This document shows positions 61,998-64,000 of a stretch of 64,000 nucleotides of DNA, piece by piece; the stretch's first letter is position 1; each line of letters opens with the position of its first letter. Origin of the DNA: a virus; the IMG/VR virus record IMGVR_UViG_3300031673_000019, positions 6,958 through 70,957 of that record; one strand, 5' to 3'. The position numbers and the translations under genes were made by a program. The notes beneath the pieces were generated by a model. It did no database searches and was not told the DNA's origin. It saw nothing but the letters and a program-made list of their open reading frames with translations.

Positions 61998-62025
61998 CAA
62001 TACGCTGGTCCCTGTAATACACAGG
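61994..62025 (+). promoter_or_regulatory. putative sigma70-like promoter
   Basis: Perfect TTGACA; imperfect -10 (TAATAC or TACACA) inside a CCTGT/ACAGG IR. Confidence 0.5.
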
Positions 62026-62027
62026 CT

Positions 62028-62104
62028 CCAAGGAAAGTTTGAGCGCCGACCCCCCCCTGGCGCTCGACACCTTTAGGGACCCCGGAGACGGGGTCCCTTT
62101 TTTT
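62028..62104 (+). ncRNA. candidate two-hairpin small RNA with C8 loop
   Basis: Upstream promoter, GAGCGCC-GAC8T-GGCGCTC hairpin, then terminator. Confidence 0.45.
62075..62104 (+). terminator. strong intrinsic terminator
   Basis: AGGGACCCCG-GAGA-CGGGGTCCCT followed by T6. Confidence 0.9.
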
Positions 62105-62170
62105 ATTGGCCATGACAGCGGAGGGTAGGCGCCCATCGCTGATCTGGGTATTGACAATGGGCAGATCGTA

Positions 62171-62560
62171 ATGCTTTCTAGGTGCGTGGAAAACCATGGA
62201 ACCAAAGCAGATGATCTGACGATTCAATCGCTGATTGAGCAATCGCATTCAACATCAAAGAGCAAGGGATGGTGGGATGATTCTCCAGAGGGCGACCCAA
62301 GGGTGGTGCCGTCGCTGCTGATGCTGATTGTGTCGGAGATCTCCGAGGCGCTTGAGGAACACCGCCACGGGCGCGCCCCTGACGAGATCTGGTACACGGC
62401 AGAGGGCAAGCCCGAGGGGGTCCCCGTCGAGCTGGCGGATGCCGTGATCCGAATTTGTGACATGTGCGGCAAGTGGAACATTCCGCTCGTCAGGGCCTTG
62501 GTGGAAAAGGCAGCCTACAACCAGACACGCCCGCATCGCCACGGCGGCAAGGTGGTGTAA
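62171..62560 (+). CDS. MazG-like NTP pyrophosphohydrolase
   Basis: KGWWD, LMLIVSEISEALE, PVELADAVIRICD. Confidence 0.9.
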   Translation: MLSRCVENHGTKADDLTIQSLIEQSHSTSKSKGWWDDSPEGDPRVVPSLLMLIVSEISEALEEHRHGRAPDEIWYTAEGKPEGVPVELADAVIRICDMCGKWNIPLVRALVEKAAYNQTRPHRHGGKVV

Positions 62561-62616
62561 TTACACGCCCCGATCTTATGCGAAGATGGGAGCAGGCGTG
62601 CTAGTATCCTACAGGT

Positions 62617-62853
62617 ATGCCTGCCAGCAATAAGCCGAAGCGGTATGCGGAGGCACAGCATGAGCTGAATCGGCAAGCCTTGATCGACTTCGGTAAAAGG
62701 CTTGCCGATATCGATAAGAGGCTTGCTCTTATCGAAGAGGCGCTGTCACGGGTTCACGGGTTGTGCGACAGGGCAGATGAGGTGTACGAGCAGCTGACAG
62801 GCGTAGCAAAAAAGCTTCAGGAAAAACTGGATGGGATCGAAGCCGACTCTTGA
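62617..62853 (+). CDS. coiled-coil hypothetical protein
   Basis: Heptad pattern, AGGT SD. Confidence 0.6.
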   Translation: MPASNKPKRYAEAQHELNRQALIDFGKRLADIDKRLALIEEALSRVHGLCDRADEVYEQLTGVAKKLQEKLDGIEADS

Positions 62854-63067
62854 CACCCTGGGAGAACACCCAGACGTCCACAGGTTTTTGCAGAGAAAGT
62901 ACAGGCTCGATCGGTTTAGGGAGCTGTCGGCTCCTGAGGTCGTAATCAATGATGCTTTGAAGCTCATGGCTTCCAGCGAAAAGGAATTGGGGGAGGCCGG
63001 CGTCTCTGTTGCGACCGGGCTGTACCCAGCTTACTTTAAGCGTCGCAGGGCGAGGGCGAGCGAATGA
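62831..63067 (+). CDS. hypothetical protein
   Basis: Packed ORF, ATGA coupling downstream. Confidence 0.5.
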   Translation: MGSKPTLDTLGEHPDVHRFLQRKYRLDRFRELSAPEVVINDALKLMASSEKELGEAGVSVATGLYPAYFKRRRARASE

Positions 63068-63519
63068 CGAAGACGCCGTTTGGCAAAGGAGAACAGGGAG
63101 AACAGGGAGGGCAGAGGTGCGCGGCCTCCGTGGACTACCCTGGACGCAGGGGTGCGTGCCGTGTCGAGGCGAAGTATCCAGACCCGGACGGAGTCCGGTG
63201 GTGGTGCGGGATACATCGGCCAAAAAAAGACAAGGTCATGGATGCGAAGGTGGTGTACGTCTCCCCAGCATCAGAGTCAGCTTCGCCTTGCAGTGACGGA
63301 TCGCTGTCATTGAGCCCGGAGGAAACGTACGAACTGCTCATGGCCGCCAAGGCAGCACAGCAGGCGCTGAACGATATCGCCAACACACGTCCAGTGGGGT
63401 GGCAGCCGACAGACCCTGCCGAGAAGTATAGGGTGATCTTAGAGCACGCGTGCGACACCGCCCGCAACGCACTGCAGACGGTCACGTCTGAACTGTCGCG
63501 CATTACGAAAATGATTTGA
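63064..63519 (+). CDS. hypothetical protein with Cys/His motifs
   Basis: C..C..WCGIH N-terminal part. Confidence 0.55.
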   Translation: MTKTPFGKGEQGEQGGQRCAASVDYPGRRGACRVEAKYPDPDGVRWWCGIHRPKKDKVMDAKVVYVSPASESASPCSDGSLSLSPEETYELLMAAKAAQQALNDIANTRPVGWQPTDPAEKYRVILEHACDTARNALQTVTSELSRITKMI

Positions 63520-63544
63520 CGATGCCATCGGCCGAGGGTATCTT
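63516..63544 (+). promoter_or_regulatory. sigma70-like promoter
   Basis: TTGACG-N17-TATCTT. Confidence 0.75.
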
Positions 63545-63557
63545 CTCCCAGTCGAGG

Positions 63558-63622
63558 GCCGCACCCCATTAGGGGTTTTGGGCTGTAGACCTAGCTTCGC
63601 CGCACCCGATCGGGTTTTGGGC
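63558..63622 (+). repeat. two direct repeats GCCGCACCC-n-GGGTTTTGGGC, each with an internal hairpin
   Basis: Copies at 63558-63583 and 63599-63622. Confidence 0.85.
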
Positions 63623-63772
63623 ACCGCTAGACGCACACTTTATAACGGTTGGGAACTTTGGAGGACTCGTGCGTCCTCGCGTTCTTGATGTTTTAGGTGA
63701 CGACGTCGCGGCAGGTGAAGCTCTTACTGGTAGCCGCATGCGCCGTCGCTCATGCAAGGACGAGGTATTGTG

Positions 63773-64000
63773 ATGGAAATCAAAGCTCGGTTTACGTTTG
63801 ATTCGGTCGATCATAGCAAGGAAAACGAACTCCACGCCGTCATCTCGCTGAAGGCGCCGGAGGTCGAATGGCAGAAGAAGAGGCAGCCGATCTGCGTCAT
63901 CCCCGTCGTCGACGTCAGCACATCCATGAGCGGAGAGAAGCTGGACTACGCCAGGCAGAGCGTCCTCAAGCTCATCGATCAGCTGCAGCCGGGCGACTAC
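63773..64000 (+). CDS. vWA (MIDAS) domain protein, truncated by window end
   Basis: Not in ORF track; GAGGT SD, VVDVSTSMSGEKL..LIDQLQPGD. Confidence 0.88.
   Translation, partial: MEIKARFTFDSVDHSKENELHAVISLKAPEVEWQKKRQPICVIPVVDVSTSMSGEKLDYARQSVLKLIDQLQPGDY

Noticed and set aside
62151-62180. Promoter at TTGACA 62151
   Set aside because: No acceptable -10 at 16-18 nt spacing; kept only as a possibility
63558-63622. Mini-CRISPR array
   Set aside because: Only two imperfect copies with a 15-nt gap and no cas genes
1-64000. Alternative genetic code (frequent TAG stops)
   Set aside because: TAG stops fall at domain ends with the next gene immediately following; code 11 gives dense, coherent ORFs
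1-64000. Stand-alone eCIS/tailocin interpretation
   Set aside because: Neck gp13/gp14-like genes, a long tape measure and a helicase point to a phage
1-64000. tRNA or rRNA genes
   Set aside because: No cloverleaf or T-loop GTTCRA with matching stems found by eye in intergenic gaps; tRNAscan was not run

Overview
A GC-rich, almost entirely + strand window from a large T4-superfamily-like myovirus (jumbo-phage style). It contains neck genes (gp13/gp14/gp15-like), an enlarged 950-aa tail sheath, two tube paralogs, a tail chaperone with a -1 slippery site, tape measure, a full contractile baseplate, about 25 kb of modular fibre/appendage genes, a family of probable head-internal proteins carrying L-x-E maturation-like sites, lysis candidates, and from about 53.6 kb non-structural genes (RecD/Dda-like helicase, HTH regulators, MazG-like, vWA). 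No capsid, portal, terminase, tRNA or CRISPR array is visible. The standout is a tubulin/FtsZ-family GTPase (38465-40066) inside the structural cluster, whose N-terminal ~75 aa are clearly homologous to a stand-alone small protein (49768-50058) and weakly to another (10090). This suggests a virion-tethered cytoskeletal GTPase. Other highlights are a candidate ~75-nt sRNA with a C8 loop, a structured leader with two hairpin repeats, sigma70-like promoters with inverted repeats centred on the -10, a catalytically dead HNH-RHH regulator, an FN3 domain split by a -1 shift at a G4 run, and a u-spanin-like lipoprotein. All product calls come from motif recognition by eye; no database search was run.
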